DNA of 39,799 nt from Bdellovibrionales bacterium (GTDB taxonomy: Bacteria; Bdellovibrionota; Bdellovibrionia; Bdellovibrionales; UBA840). The stretch is from positions 1 to 39,799 of the forward strand of contig JBBKWS010000128.1 in NCBI GenBank assembly GCA_037969075.1, written 5' to 3'. This document shows, piece after piece, positions 19,479 through 28,691 of the stretch (positions are counted from its first letter, which is position 1; each line of letters opens with the position of its first letter). Position numbers and translations under genes: made by a program. Under the pieces are notes generated by a model. It was not told the DNA's origin. It ran no database searches and worked only from the letters and a program-made list of their open reading frames with translations.

Positions 19479-21161
19479 TTGAATACTATGCTTAAAAAAT
19501 GGATGAGAATCAAGTTTATCTTGGGTAGAGATGTTCAGAAACGGATCGTAACAGCAGGCTTAGCCGGTACATTTACATTTTTTGTAGATATAGCATTTAT
19601 CGTCGTTCTTCAGGGTTTTTTGTTTAGTATCGATTTGGTAGATAGTACGAAGTTAAACTTACCAACTTGGTATCCTAAAGATTACACATCAAGTATATTA
19701 ATACTACTGGCATTTGGACTCATACGTAGTTTTGCATTGATGTTGAAGCATTTCTTATCTGGTCAAGCGAGTCAGGAATTTATTTATAAAATAAGAAGCG
19801 AGTTACTTAACCATGGCCTATACTTAGGAGCGGAAGTATCTACTCATGAACTTGTAAGTGTGTTCACAGAGAGTGTGAATAGAGCGGGCCTGGTAGTATA
19901 TCTTTTTATCACCATTGTTATCAATCTTTTTTCTATAACATTCCTCGTGATTTATGGCCTATCGTTGGCTCCAGCAGAGATGCTGATTGGCCTACTTTGT
20001 TTGGGCATATTAGTGTTTCCACTAACATTTATGAACAAAGAAGTCGGTAAAATGGGACGCGGACTTAACGTAGAATGGAAAAATACTAGTAAAAGTTTAA
20101 TTGAAGGTATTAAGCTGAATTTTTATTTAAAAGTTTATGGTCTGCTAGGTAAGGCTTTCTCCGAAGGAGATGAAAGTTTAGATAGTTACAGAAGACACTA
20201 TGTAAAGTTTTATTTTAAAAATGCAATTCGACATGGATTGCCACCATTTTTAGGTATTTGTATTTTATCAGCCATCACATATGTTGGTTTACACTTATTT
20301 AACACACCTAGTATTATCCTCTTAACATTCTTTTATCTTTTCATTAGGTTAGGTCAGCTTTTAAGTGAGTTTGCTACGTATGTTGGTAACTTGCAATTGA
20401 ACTTTGAAGGAATGAAAGATCTCGAAGTCTGGCTACAAAAGTATCGTCCTATGGCAAAACAAGGAACCGTAACCGAGACGGTCAGCCCAGGCTTGGTATT
20501 TGATACTACAAAAGAACTCACAATTACAGCTAATAACCTTTCGTTTCGATATGGGTATGAGGAATACTTATTTAAAAATATAAATTTTAGGCTATTAACA
20601 GGTGATTGCCTAGTGATTAGAGGAGAGTCTGGAGTTGGGAAAAGTAGCTTGCTGGCACTTTTACTTGGGGTGCTTAAGCCCACAGAAGGTAATGTATTAT
20701 ATAACTCTATGTCTGTAAGTGAGACTAGGGGTGATATTGTAAGATCCATTGGGTATGTTGGTCCTGACCCTTATTTAGTTGCAGGTACGTTAAGAGAAAA
20801 TTTATTTTTAGGGCATCCATTTCCAGATAAAGTTAGTGCTGAGAACATTGAAAATGCATTACGGATCTCAGAGTTAGTTGAGGTGGTAGGGTCATTAAAA
20901 AGTGGCATGGATACTTATCTAAATGAAAATGTTAAGTTGTCGACAGGTCAAAAGCAGAGAATTGCTATAGCAAGAGCTCTACTTAGAAATCCTAAGATTT
21001 TGGTTTTAGACGAAGCAACCGCTAATTTAGATGAAATGACGGAAAGTTTAATTATAGAAAATTTGAAAAAAATATCCAACTCACTAATATTAATTATCAT
21101 AAGTCATAAAACTTCATTTGATCCCATTGCAACACAAACAATTCATTTGCAGAGAATGTAG
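19479..21161 (+). CDS. ABC exporter, fused TMD-NBD (PglK/MsbA-like)
   Basis: N-terminal TM domain, Walker A GESGVGKS, LSTGQKQR, Walker B ILVLDEAT, H-loop ISH. Start uncertain (19428, 19479 or 19488); GGGGG precedes TTG 19479. Confidence 0.88.
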   Translation: MNTMLKKWMRIKFILGRDVQKRIVTAGLAGTFTFFVDIAFIVVLQGFLFSIDLVDSTKLNLPTWYPKDYTSSILILLAFGLIRSFALMLKHFLSGQASQEFIYKIRSELLNHGLYLGAEVSTHELVSVFTESVNRAGLVVYLFITIVINLFSITFLVIYGLSLAPAEMLIGLLCLGILVFPLTFMNKEVGKMGRGLNVEWKNTSKSLIEGIKLNFYLKVYGLLGKAFSEGDESLDSYRRHYVKFYFKNAIRHGLPPFLGICILSAITYVGLHLFNTPSIILLTFFYLFIRLGQLLSEFATYVGNLQLNFEGMKDLEVWLQKYRPMAKQGTVTETVSPGLVFDTTKELTITANNLSFRYGYEEYLFKNINFRLLTGDCLVIRGESGVGKSSLLALLLGVLKPTEGNVLYNSMSVSETRGDIVRSIGYVGPDPYLVAGTLRENLFLGHPFPDKVSAENIENALRISELVEVVGSLKSGMDTYLNENVKLSTGQKQRIAIARALLRNPKILVLDEATANLDEMTESLIIENLKKISNSLILIIISHKTSFDPIATQTIHLQRM

Positions 21162-21166
21162 GTTGC

Positions 21167-22357
21167 TTAGTAGGTCATTTTCTTTTGAATCAATTTAAGA
21201 TCTATCTTTAACTTAGCTAAAAAATCGGCAACCTTTTTTCCGGATTTTCCTTCGCCATATGGATTTTTACAGGTCTGACACTGTCTAATGAATTTTTTAT
21301 CGTAAGTAGATTTCTCTACAGCAGTGACTATTTGGTTGGTGTTATAACCTACATCAATCACATTTTTTGCTCTAAGTCGTCCTTGTTGGCGTCGACCAAT
21401 ATTAATAAACGCACACTTTAATGGAGGAGTTTCTTTAATGCCGCTTGAAGAATTTCCAACGCAAGCTCCACCGGTAACATTGCCGCACAAGTTGAGTACG
21501 CCGTGATAGTTATAGCGCCCTAAGGAAGGTATTACAAAAATATTAGGTAAGTTTTTCTTCTTAAGTTTTTCTAACTCTTTAATAATGCGTTGTCCACCAG
21601 CATCATTATTAGGGTAAGTGAGAATTACCTGAAACCCTTTTTGTGCTAAAACTGTACAAGCTTTAATACTTGGTCTTATCTGTTTTAAAGTATCTTCAAT
21701 TTCTGTAGGGATAGAGTGTTGGGTGAAAAGAACTATGGGCTTATCTAGAGAAATTCCATATTTCTTAACTAGTGCAGCAGGTGTTGCGTAGTACTTGTCT
21801 TCGATCAAATCAATTGTAGGAAACCCTACAGTTTTTACTCGCCAAGGTTCTTCCCCCATCTTAATAATACGTTTTTTAGCATCATCATTGGTTGTAAAGT
21901 GAATGTGAGCTAATTTAGTCATTGAATGTCTAACCATATCATCTAATGCACCCCCTTCTGTTATATCACCACCCTCAAGGTGCACTGTTGGGATGCCCAT
22001 TTGCGTACTAGTGATTAATGCAGAAAATCCTTCAAAACGATCAGCGTACACGACAAAAATATCAGGTTTCATTTTCTTAAGAACTTGGCTTAAACGTAAA
22101 ATACCACTACCGATTGCAGTTGCCGTTGAGATTAAATTATCATCTGGCATATCTAGCTTTACTTCAGAATGAATTTTAAAACCATCGTTCTCAATTTCTT
22201 TCTTTGTCTTTCCGAAGTTATTTTGTAGATGTGCGCCAGAAACAATTAACCGATACTCTAAATCAGGGTGTTTAGATATGGCTTTTATAATTGGGTATTG
22301 TAAGCCGTATTCCGCTCTATTTCCGGTGTAAATTGCCACTATTTTTTTCTTTTTCAT
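21167..22357 (-). CDS. neuC: Hydrolysing NDP-GlcNAc 2-epimerase (NeuC/LegG)
   Basis: TGNRAEYG, GAHL, DRFE, HLEGGD, RHSMTKLAHIHF, GNSSSGIKE, IG.RQ.GR. Confidence 0.93.
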   Translation of the reverse strand: MKKKKIVAIYTGNRAEYGLQYPIIKAISKHPDLEYRLIVSGAHLQNNFGKTKKEIENDGFKIHSEVKLDMPDDNLISTATAIGSGILRLSQVLKKMKPDIFVVYADRFEGFSALITSTQMGIPTVHLEGGDITEGGALDDMVRHSMTKLAHIHFTTNDDAKKRIIKMGEEPWRVKTVGFPTIDLIEDKYYATPAALVKKYGISLDKPIVLFTQHSIPTEIEDTLKQIRPSIKACTVLAQKGFQVILTYPNNDAGGQRIIKELEKLKKKNLPNIFVIPSLGRYNYHGVLNLCGNVTGGACVGNSSSGIKETPPLKCAFINIGRRQQGRLRAKNVIDVGYNTNQIVTAVEKSTYDKKFIRQCQTCKNPYGEGKSGKKVADFLAKLKIDLKLIQKKMTY

Positions 22358-23229
22358 ATGAATTCCCTAGATTGATAGTATTCGACAGTTCGTTGAATAC
22401 CGCTTGCTAAATCAATTTTAGTGTTCCAGTTAAATAATTTCATGATTTTATCATTATTAATTTGAAATGGAGAAGCTCGTTCTTTGCTAATATTTTCAAC
22501 TGAAATCTTCAGGTCTGGAATAGTTGCTTTAATGAGGTTAGCGATATCTTGGATGCTGGTACTTCTTCCACTTGCTACATTGAAAATGTTAGTAGGGATA
22601 TCATTTTCTATAAAATTAAGTATAGCACTTAAAACATCATCTATATATATAAAATCCCTAGATTCATTTGGGTTTGTGATTTTAAGAGATCTTTCTGTTA
22701 ATGCCTGCATGATTAATTTATTTATGACTCCATTACCCCTAGGACCATAAGTGTTAGATAGTCTTATCACTATGCTGGGTACCTGTGAAGTCATTAATAA
22801 GTTCTCACTGTCAATTTTAGTTTTAGTATACATATTTTTAGGGACAATCTTAGAGTCTTCAAAATTTCTTTCTAAGTGATTTTCATAAACCTGTACAGTT
22901 GAGCTAAAAAGTATTTTTTTAATGTTTATTGTTTGCGATAGATCTATGAGATCTTTTACAAACGTAAAATTGGAGTGGATGCATGCATCTGGGTTAGCCT
23001 CTGCTTGTTGTACAGAGTTTATGCCGGCTAAATGTATTAATATATATTGATGTGCCTTAGGAAGTGATGCAAAGAAACTTGTGAGCTCTGATTTTAAATA
23101 GTATTTTCCATCAGAATGCATTTGTGGTTTAAAGCAAAAAGTCTTATAAGTGCTTTGCCCAGTAAGTTGACTAAGCAAATGGCTTCCAATAAAACCGTTT
23201 GCGCCAGTAATAATAATAGCAGTACTCAT
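22354..23229 (-). CDS. Extended SDR NAD(P)-dependent epimerase/reductase
   Basis: TGANGFIG, HLAG, SST, YTKTK (YxxxK), RLSNTYGP, RDFIYIDD. Confidence 0.88.
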   Translation of the reverse strand: MSTAIIITGANGFIGSHLLSQLTGQSTYKTFCFKPQMHSDGKYYLKSELTSFFASLPKAHQYILIHLAGINSVQQAEANPDACIHSNFTFVKDLIDLSQTINIKKILFSSTVQVYENHLERNFEDSKIVPKNMYTKTKIDSENLLMTSQVPSIVIRLSNTYGPRGNGVINKLIMQALTERSLKITNPNESRDFIYIDDVLSAILNFIENDIPTNIFNVASGRSTSIQDIANLIKATIPDLKISVENISKERASPFQINNDKIMKLFNWNTKIDLASGIQRTVEYYQSREFI

Positions 23230-23231
23230 TT

Positions 23232-24263
23232 TTAACTTATGTCTTTAGGGTCTAACATTATATCAGGGTCTAAGTCCCTAGCTGCGGTCTTGCCAATTAA
23301 ACTTGGAAAATCTTTGGCCAACAATTTACCAGTTCCAGGGCGTTTTACCCAAATATTCTCAGTACTTAGGACATCACCCTTTTTAATCTTAGAGATGGTA
23401 ACAACGCTTGCATAGGCAAAATCAATAACTGGCTTCTCTTCTTCTAGTATAGTTTTATTTCCGCCCATAGCTTCAAAAACCGCTTTTGAGCCTACCACTA
23501 AATCAGATAGTTCTTTTGGCTCAATGGAGATCGGACAATCTGGTCCTGGCCAAGATCTACTTACAGTAATATGCTTTTCTAGTACGCAGGCCCCTAATGC
23601 TACGGCGCCTAGGCATGTCCAAATTCCTAAAGAATGATCGCTGAGGCCCACAGGTACGCTAAATGCGCTTTGTAAGTCAGATATACCACCTAAGCGGACT
23701 TTGCTGTAAGGGGTAGGGTACATTGATGTGCAATGTAATAGAATTAAGGGGCAATTATTTTTTTTGATGATATCAACCGAAGTACGTATGGATTCGAGAT
23801 TGTTCATGCCTGTTGAAAGTATGATTGGTTTTCCTTTTTTAGAAATATGCTCAATTAAGGGGTAGTTGTTACACTCTCCAGAGCCGATTTTGAAAGCAGG
23901 GATTCCCATTTTATCTAGGCGGTCGGCAGCTTCTCTAGAAAATGGAGTTGATAAGTACAGTATGCCTTTATCAGCACAATATTTTTGTACTTGTTTTTCT
24001 TCTTCTTCCGTTAGTTCGCAGCGTTTTATAATATCCCATAACTTTTCATCAGAAATATCACCTGGTTTCATGTCAGTAGGAACCATTTCTTTTTCTGTAA
24101 TATGACATTGAAACTTAACACATTGTGCATTTGCCTCAACTGCCATATCCACTAATTGAAGAGCTTTCTTTAATTCGCCTTCATGATTTATGCCTGCCTC
24201 AGCAATTACAAAAGGTGGGTGATTAGGACCTACTAAAAAGTTTCCAATTTTAATTTCTTGCAT
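23232..24263 (-). CDS. neuB: Nonulosonic acid synthase (NeuB family) with C-terminal SAF domain
   Basis: IAEAGINHEG, VKFQ, STPFSR, KIGSGECNNYPLI, STGMN, HCTSMYP, GLSDH, EKH, WVKRPG. Confidence 0.96.
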   Translation of the reverse strand: MQEIKIGNFLVGPNHPPFVIAEAGINHEGELKKALQLVDMAVEANAQCVKFQCHITEKEMVPTDMKPGDISDEKLWDIIKRCELTEEEEKQVQKYCADKGILYLSTPFSREAADRLDKMGIPAFKIGSGECNNYPLIEHISKKGKPIILSTGMNNLESIRTSVDIIKKNNCPLILLHCTSMYPTPYSKVRLGGISDLQSAFSVPVGLSDHSLGIWTCLGAVALGACVLEKHITVSRSWPGPDCPISIEPKELSDLVVGSKAVFEAMGGNKTILEEEKPVIDFAYASVVTISKIKKGDVLSTENIWVKRPGTGKLLAKDFPSLIGKTAARDLDPDIMLDPKDIS

Positions 24264-24272
24264 ATAGCCTCT

Positions 24273-25271
24273 TTAAATATTGTATTTATCCGTTTTGTAT
24301 TTTTTTAAATTTTCAGGGTTTAAAAACCAGTCTACGGTTTTTTGTAAGCCCTTTTCAAAGCCACTAGTTTGGGCGTAATTAGGAGTCCAACCTAAAATAT
24401 CCTTTGCTTTTTTATTGCACGCCCATAATCTCTCTACCTCAGATTTTTCCGGTCGTATACGATTACTATCAACTTCTATGTTTAGCTCTTTGCCCATAAT
24501 TTTAGCTATTAATAATGCTGTATCACCAATAGAAATTTCGAAATTAGAGCCAGCGTTGATGGTTTCACCTATGGCTGATGGTGAGTTAGCTGCCGCTATA
24601 AATGCAGCAACTGTGTCCTCCACAAAGTTAAAATCTCTGGTTGTGTTTAGAGCGCCCAAGGAAATGTCGTTAGATACAGCGAGTTGAGAGATGATTGTGG
24701 GTATTACAGCTCTATTAGATTGTCTTGGTCCATAAGTATTGAATGGGCGCAAGATAGTTACGGGCAGTTGAAAGGAGCTGTAGAATGAGTAGGCAATTTG
24801 GTCAGCGCCGATTTTCGAAGCAGAGTATGGAGACTGCCCTACCAGAGGGTGTTCTTCTGTTATCGGTACAAATTGTGCGCTTCCGTATACCTCACTGGTG
24901 GAGGTATGTATTACCTTGGCGCCAACCTCTCGCGCTGCCTGCAATACATTTAAAGTGCCGTGAACATTGGTCTCAATATATGAAGCTGGGTTATGATAAG
25001 AGTAAGGGATCGCAATAAGTGCAGCTAAGTGAAATATTGTGTCGCAACCTTTAGTGGCTTCTTTCATTCCATAGGGATCGCGGATATCGCTAGCAATCAC
25101 TTCAATAGATTTTTTTATTTCCTCTGGGGAATCGTCAAGCCACCCCCAAGAGTTAAAAGAGTTGTATAGCACAAGAGCTTTAACATCATGACCCTGTCTA
25201 ACTAAACATTCAGTTAGGTGGGAACCAATAAAACCATCTGCGCCTGTAACTAGAACTTTTGATTTTTTCAT
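24273..25271 (-). CDS. legB: NDP-GlcNAc 4,6-dehydratase (LegB-like)
   Basis: VTGADGFIGSHL, YNSFNSWGWLD, HLAALIAIPYSY, TSTSEVYG, QSPYSASK, RPEKSEVERL. Confidence 0.88.
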   Translation of the reverse strand: MKKSKVLVTGADGFIGSHLTECLVRQGHDVKALVLYNSFNSWGWLDDSPEEIKKSIEVIASDIRDPYGMKEATKGCDTIFHLAALIAIPYSYHNPASYIETNVHGTLNVLQAAREVGAKVIHTSTSEVYGSAQFVPITEEHPLVGQSPYSASKIGADQIAYSFYSSFQLPVTILRPFNTYGPRQSNRAVIPTIISQLAVSNDISLGALNTTRDFNFVEDTVAAFIAAANSPSAIGETINAGSNFEISIGDTALLIAKIMGKELNIEVDSNRIRPEKSEVERLWACNKKAKDILGWTPNYAQTSGFEKGLQKTVDWFLNPENLKKYKTDKYNI

Positions 25272-25279
25272 ATTATACC

Positions 25280-26338
25280 CTATAAAAAATATTTCGAATA
25301 TTCGTATCTTGCTCGTTCTAAATCTGAGAGTCGTCCAATATCTAGCCAGTAGTCATTTATTGGATAGGTAAAAACTTTATTACTGTGCTCTTTTATGCTT
25401 AAAAATAAACTAGTCATATCAAAGTATTCAACTTTTTGAGGTAAATACTTTAGGGCCTCAGGGGATAATATATATATTCCAGCATTGATAAAATAGGAAA
25501 ACTTAGGCTTTTCCGATAGTCCCTCTAGGATATTCTTAGTAGTGCTCACTACGCCGTATGGAATATCTTGAATGTATTCTTTTACACACATTGTAGCTAT
25601 CGCACCCATATCGTTATGAAAATCCAAAATAGAACTGAAGTTAATATTGGTTAAGATGTCACCATTCATAATAACAATGGGCTCTGTCAACTCTTGATCA
25701 ATTAGCTTTAAGCATCCAGCGGTTCCCAAGGCCTCTGATTCATCTATGTAATTGATATTTACTTGGTAACGGCTACCATCACCTAGAAAGTTTTTAATAA
25801 TATCTGATTTAAAGTTTACAGATAGTAGGAAGTTATGAAAACCTTGTTTTTTAAAGTTCTCGATACTGGTTTCTAAAAGTGGTTTACCACCTATATCGAG
25901 TAAAGGTTTGGGGAAATTTTTAGTAAGTTCACCCAATCGTTCACCTTTGCCACCTACTAATAGCAAGACTCTATTATGAAGTAATACACTTGGCTCTAAC
26001 AACAAATCATCAAAAAACTCTACCCCTTTTAAAATCCCTTGTTCAGTGGTTAGGGGGATTTGCCGTACTTTATGCTCTTTATAAATTTGTTGAAGCTGTT
26101 CTTTTGAAGCCCCAAACATGGCTGATTTTGGTTTTGAGTTCATTATATCGGTTACTTTTGAATCTAAAGAAATATCGACTAAAAGTGCTCTGCGAATATC
26201 CCCATCAGAAACCGTTCCTAATAGCTTGTAATTTTGATCAGCAACTATAGCAATTTGAGCTGTCCCATCATTTATCGCCTTTAAGGCTTGTTTGAGAGTG
26301 GCCTCTGGGGAAATAATAAGTTTTTTCCAGGTTTTCAT
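25280..26338 (-). CDS. CBS-domain nucleotidyltransferase (PtmE/LegX-like)
   Basis: N-terminal CBS pair (LGTVSDGDIRR), GGKGERL...PKPLL, LGTAG, MNGDILT, YWLDIG. Confidence 0.9.
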   Translation of the reverse strand: MKTWKKLIISPEATLKQALKAINDGTAQIAIVADQNYKLLGTVSDGDIRRALLVDISLDSKVTDIMNSKPKSAMFGASKEQLQQIYKEHKVRQIPLTTEQGILKGVEFFDDLLLEPSVLLHNRVLLLVGGKGERLGELTKNFPKPLLDIGGKPLLETSIENFKKQGFHNFLLSVNFKSDIIKNFLGDGSRYQVNINYIDESEALGTAGCLKLIDQELTEPIVIMNGDILTNINFSSILDFHNDMGAIATMCVKEYIQDIPYGVVSTTKNILEGLSEKPKFSYFINAGIYILSPEALKYLPQKVEYFDMTSLFLSIKEHSNKVFTYPINDYWLDIGRLSDLERARYEYSKYFL

Positions 26339-26344
26339 AGGGGA

Positions 26345-26373
26345 ATTGTAGGTGGCTTCCTCTGGAAATTCAA
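26345..26373 (-). promoter_or_regulatory. Putative sigma70 promoter, leaderless
   Basis: Minus strand TTGAAT-N17-TACAAT-N6(TCCCCT)-ATG(26338); no SD. Confidence 0.6.
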
Positions 26374-26433
26374 TAGGTAAGAGGGGGGATATGATACCGG
26401 AAACCCTTTAATGCAGCATGTCTTATGATCATA

Positions 26434-26461
26434 TTGCCAAGAGTGTAGATTCTAATAATGT
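26434..26461 (+). promoter_or_regulatory. Putative sigma70 promoter, leaderless
   Basis: TTGCCA(26434-26439)-N16-TAATGT(26456-26461)-N6-ATG(26468); no SD. Confidence 0.45.
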
Positions 26462-26467
26462 GCCTGT

Positions 26468-28012
26468 ATGAAAGTTCTGTATATCACACAATCTAGTTCC
26501 GCAGAAATGTTTCACGCTCTTTCAAAATACTTTGAGAGTGATCGCTCATATCCAAAGGGCGCTTTTGTTGGTTCAGACAAAAATTGGTTTATAGATTATG
26601 CGAAAAAGAATCCAGATTTTTTACAGTATCAATATCTTGCAGAGTCTACGATTGCTGAAGAAGCTAAAAATGCAATATTGGATGAGAAAAAGCTGCAGAG
26701 CTTTGAACAAAAGTATGGGGTTAGCCTCTGGAGAGCTGCGTTATGCGATAGACGTTTCGTTACTGGTAAAGCATCTAGCTACCGTCAAGATTACAAGCCA
26801 CGTTTAAATAATATAGAAATTTTGAAACGGTTGCTGGTAGCCTGTGAGAAAGTAGAAAGTTTTTTTGATGTCTACAAGCCTGATTTAGTCTTGGGCTTCT
26901 TGTGTGTTACTTACGTTGAGTATTTGACGTATTTAGTCGCAAACCATCGAAGAATTCCTATTTTAAATTTGCGTCCCGTTAGGATTCGTAATCAGGCATT
27001 TTTAGATAGCGGGATTTATGACCCACCTACCGAGTTGCATGAAAAGTACTACGATAGTAACTACCAGCCTAAGTTAGAGTCATTAAAAATAGCTCAAAAT
27101 TTTATTAGTGAATTGATGGGTAAGCCAATGCTGTATGAAGGGGCCGTACCGCTGAGTAAGCAAAAAAAAGCAGTATCAAGAGTCAATTCCTATGGGAAAA
27201 TTATAAAAGATATTCTATTGCATAAAAATGAAAGTCATAGCAATCATCCGCTACCCCCCCTATTACACAGGATGCTCGTATTGCCTTGGCATAAAATGCG
27301 GAAAAAATATTTTGAATACTTTCATCCGTATTTAAAGAAGCAGGAGCTTGCAACTACTGACTATGCCTTCTTCGCTCTGCATTTAGAGCCTGAGCTCGCC
27401 CTACTACTTTTTGCTCCGGGATATTTAAACCAAATCGAGGTGATACGTTCTGTAGCATATGGATTACCCGCAGGCATGAAGCTAGTGATTAAGGATCATC
27501 CAGTAGGTTTACATAGGCGCTCCATAAAGTTTTTTAAAAAGTTATTAGAAATACCAAATGTGGTTTTGGCCGACCCCTATCTACATACTAAAGAACTTAT
27601 TGAGAGTTCCAAAATGGTAGTCGCCATTGGTGGAAGTGTCGGGCTTGAAGCAATGGTAAGACAAAAGCCTCTTTTGGTATTAGGGCCTTGTGCAACGTTT
27701 AGTATGATGGGTAAAACTACCATGTGTCAGAAGGTCAGTGATCTGAATTTTATTGATCAAGACATTCGTCAATTACTAAGTAAATATAAGTATAACGAGA
27801 CTGAGCTATTGAGATTTTTAGGGATTCAGATTGATATTAGTTTTCAGATAAATATATATTCAGTCTTGTTGAAAAGAAAAGATGGATACCGATTAGAAGA
27901 TATTGATTATGATGCAGAAATAGAACGATTTGGAAAAAGTATTGAAATTGCATATCAAAAAGTTAAGACGAGTCAGCACAAGCATGCAGTAAAGATAGTA
28001 AGCTATGTATAA
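26468..28012 (+). CDS. Capsule_synth/KpsS-like protein, candidate nonulosonyltransferase
   Basis: FALHLEPE, LVIKDHP and GSVGLEAM...KP motifs; stop overlaps the neuA start. Confidence 0.65.
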   Translation: MKVLYITQSSSAEMFHALSKYFESDRSYPKGAFVGSDKNWFIDYAKKNPDFLQYQYLAESTIAEEAKNAILDEKKLQSFEQKYGVSLWRAALCDRRFVTGKASSYRQDYKPRLNNIEILKRLLVACEKVESFFDVYKPDLVLGFLCVTYVEYLTYLVANHRRIPILNLRPVRIRNQAFLDSGIYDPPTELHEKYYDSNYQPKLESLKIAQNFISELMGKPMLYEGAVPLSKQKKAVSRVNSYGKIIKDILLHKNESHSNHPLPPLLHRMLVLPWHKMRKKYFEYFHPYLKKQELATTDYAFFALHLEPELALLLFAPGYLNQIEVIRSVAYGLPAGMKLVIKDHPVGLHRRSIKFFKKLLEIPNVVLADPYLHTKELIESSKMVVAIGGSVGLEAMVRQKPLLVLGPCATFSMMGKTTMCQKVSDLNFIDQDIRQLLSKYKYNETELLRFLGIQIDISFQINIYSVLLKRKDGYRLEDIDYDAEIERFGKSIEIAYQKVKTSQHKHAVKIVSYV

Positions 28013-28691
28013 GACTCAAAGTTTTTTAGCAATTATAACAGCACGGGGAGGCTCTAAAGGTCTCCCGCGTAAGAACATTAAGCAGTTGGCAGGCAAGCCT
28101 CTCATTAATTGGACTATAGAAGCTGCAAAGAAATCACAATATTTAGATCGTATTGTTTTAAGTTCGGAAGATGCGGAAATTGTTAAAGTAGCTAAAGATA
28201 TAGGATGCGAAGTTCCTTTTTTAAGGCCATTAGAGTTAGCTCAAGATGATAGTAAATCGGTCGATGTCGTTATCCATATGTTACAAGCATTAGAAAAAAA
28301 ATATGATTTTATAGTATTGCTGCAGCCCACATCACCTATGCGTAAGGAAGCGCACATAGATGCTGCTATTGTAAAGGCTTTGGCGTCTAAATCTCAATGT
28401 TGTGTTAGTGTTACGGCCAATGACAAGCCGATAGAGTGGTCTATGTCTATTGAGAGCAATGAATTGTTCCCCACATTTAGCGAGGAGAATTATAAAAAAC
28501 GTCGACAAGACTTGCCCGTCTCATATTATCCAAATGGCGCTGTATATGTTGTGTCTGTTGAACAATTTTTAAAATACAAAAGTTTTTACATTCCTGGCGC
28601 TAGCCCTCTTGTTATGAGCAAACCAGAGTCTTGTGATATTGATGATCTTAATGACTTTAAGTATGCTGAATGGCTTATATCACAAAATTAA
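28005..28691 (+). CDS. neuA: CMP-nonulosonic acid synthetase (NeuA/LegF)
   Basis: ARGGSKGLPRKN, PFLRP, LLQPTSP, RRQDLP, NGAVY, DIDD..DF. Confidence 0.95.
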   Translation: MYKTQSFLAIITARGGSKGLPRKNIKQLAGKPLINWTIEAAKKSQYLDRIVLSSEDAEIVKVAKDIGCEVPFLRPLELAQDDSKSVDVVIHMLQALEKKYDFIVLLQPTSPMRKEAHIDAAIVKALASKSQCCVSVTANDKPIEWSMSIESNELFPTFSEENYKKRRQDLPVSYYPNGAVYVVSVEQFLKYKSFYIPGASPLVMSKPESCDIDDLNDFKYAEWLISQN

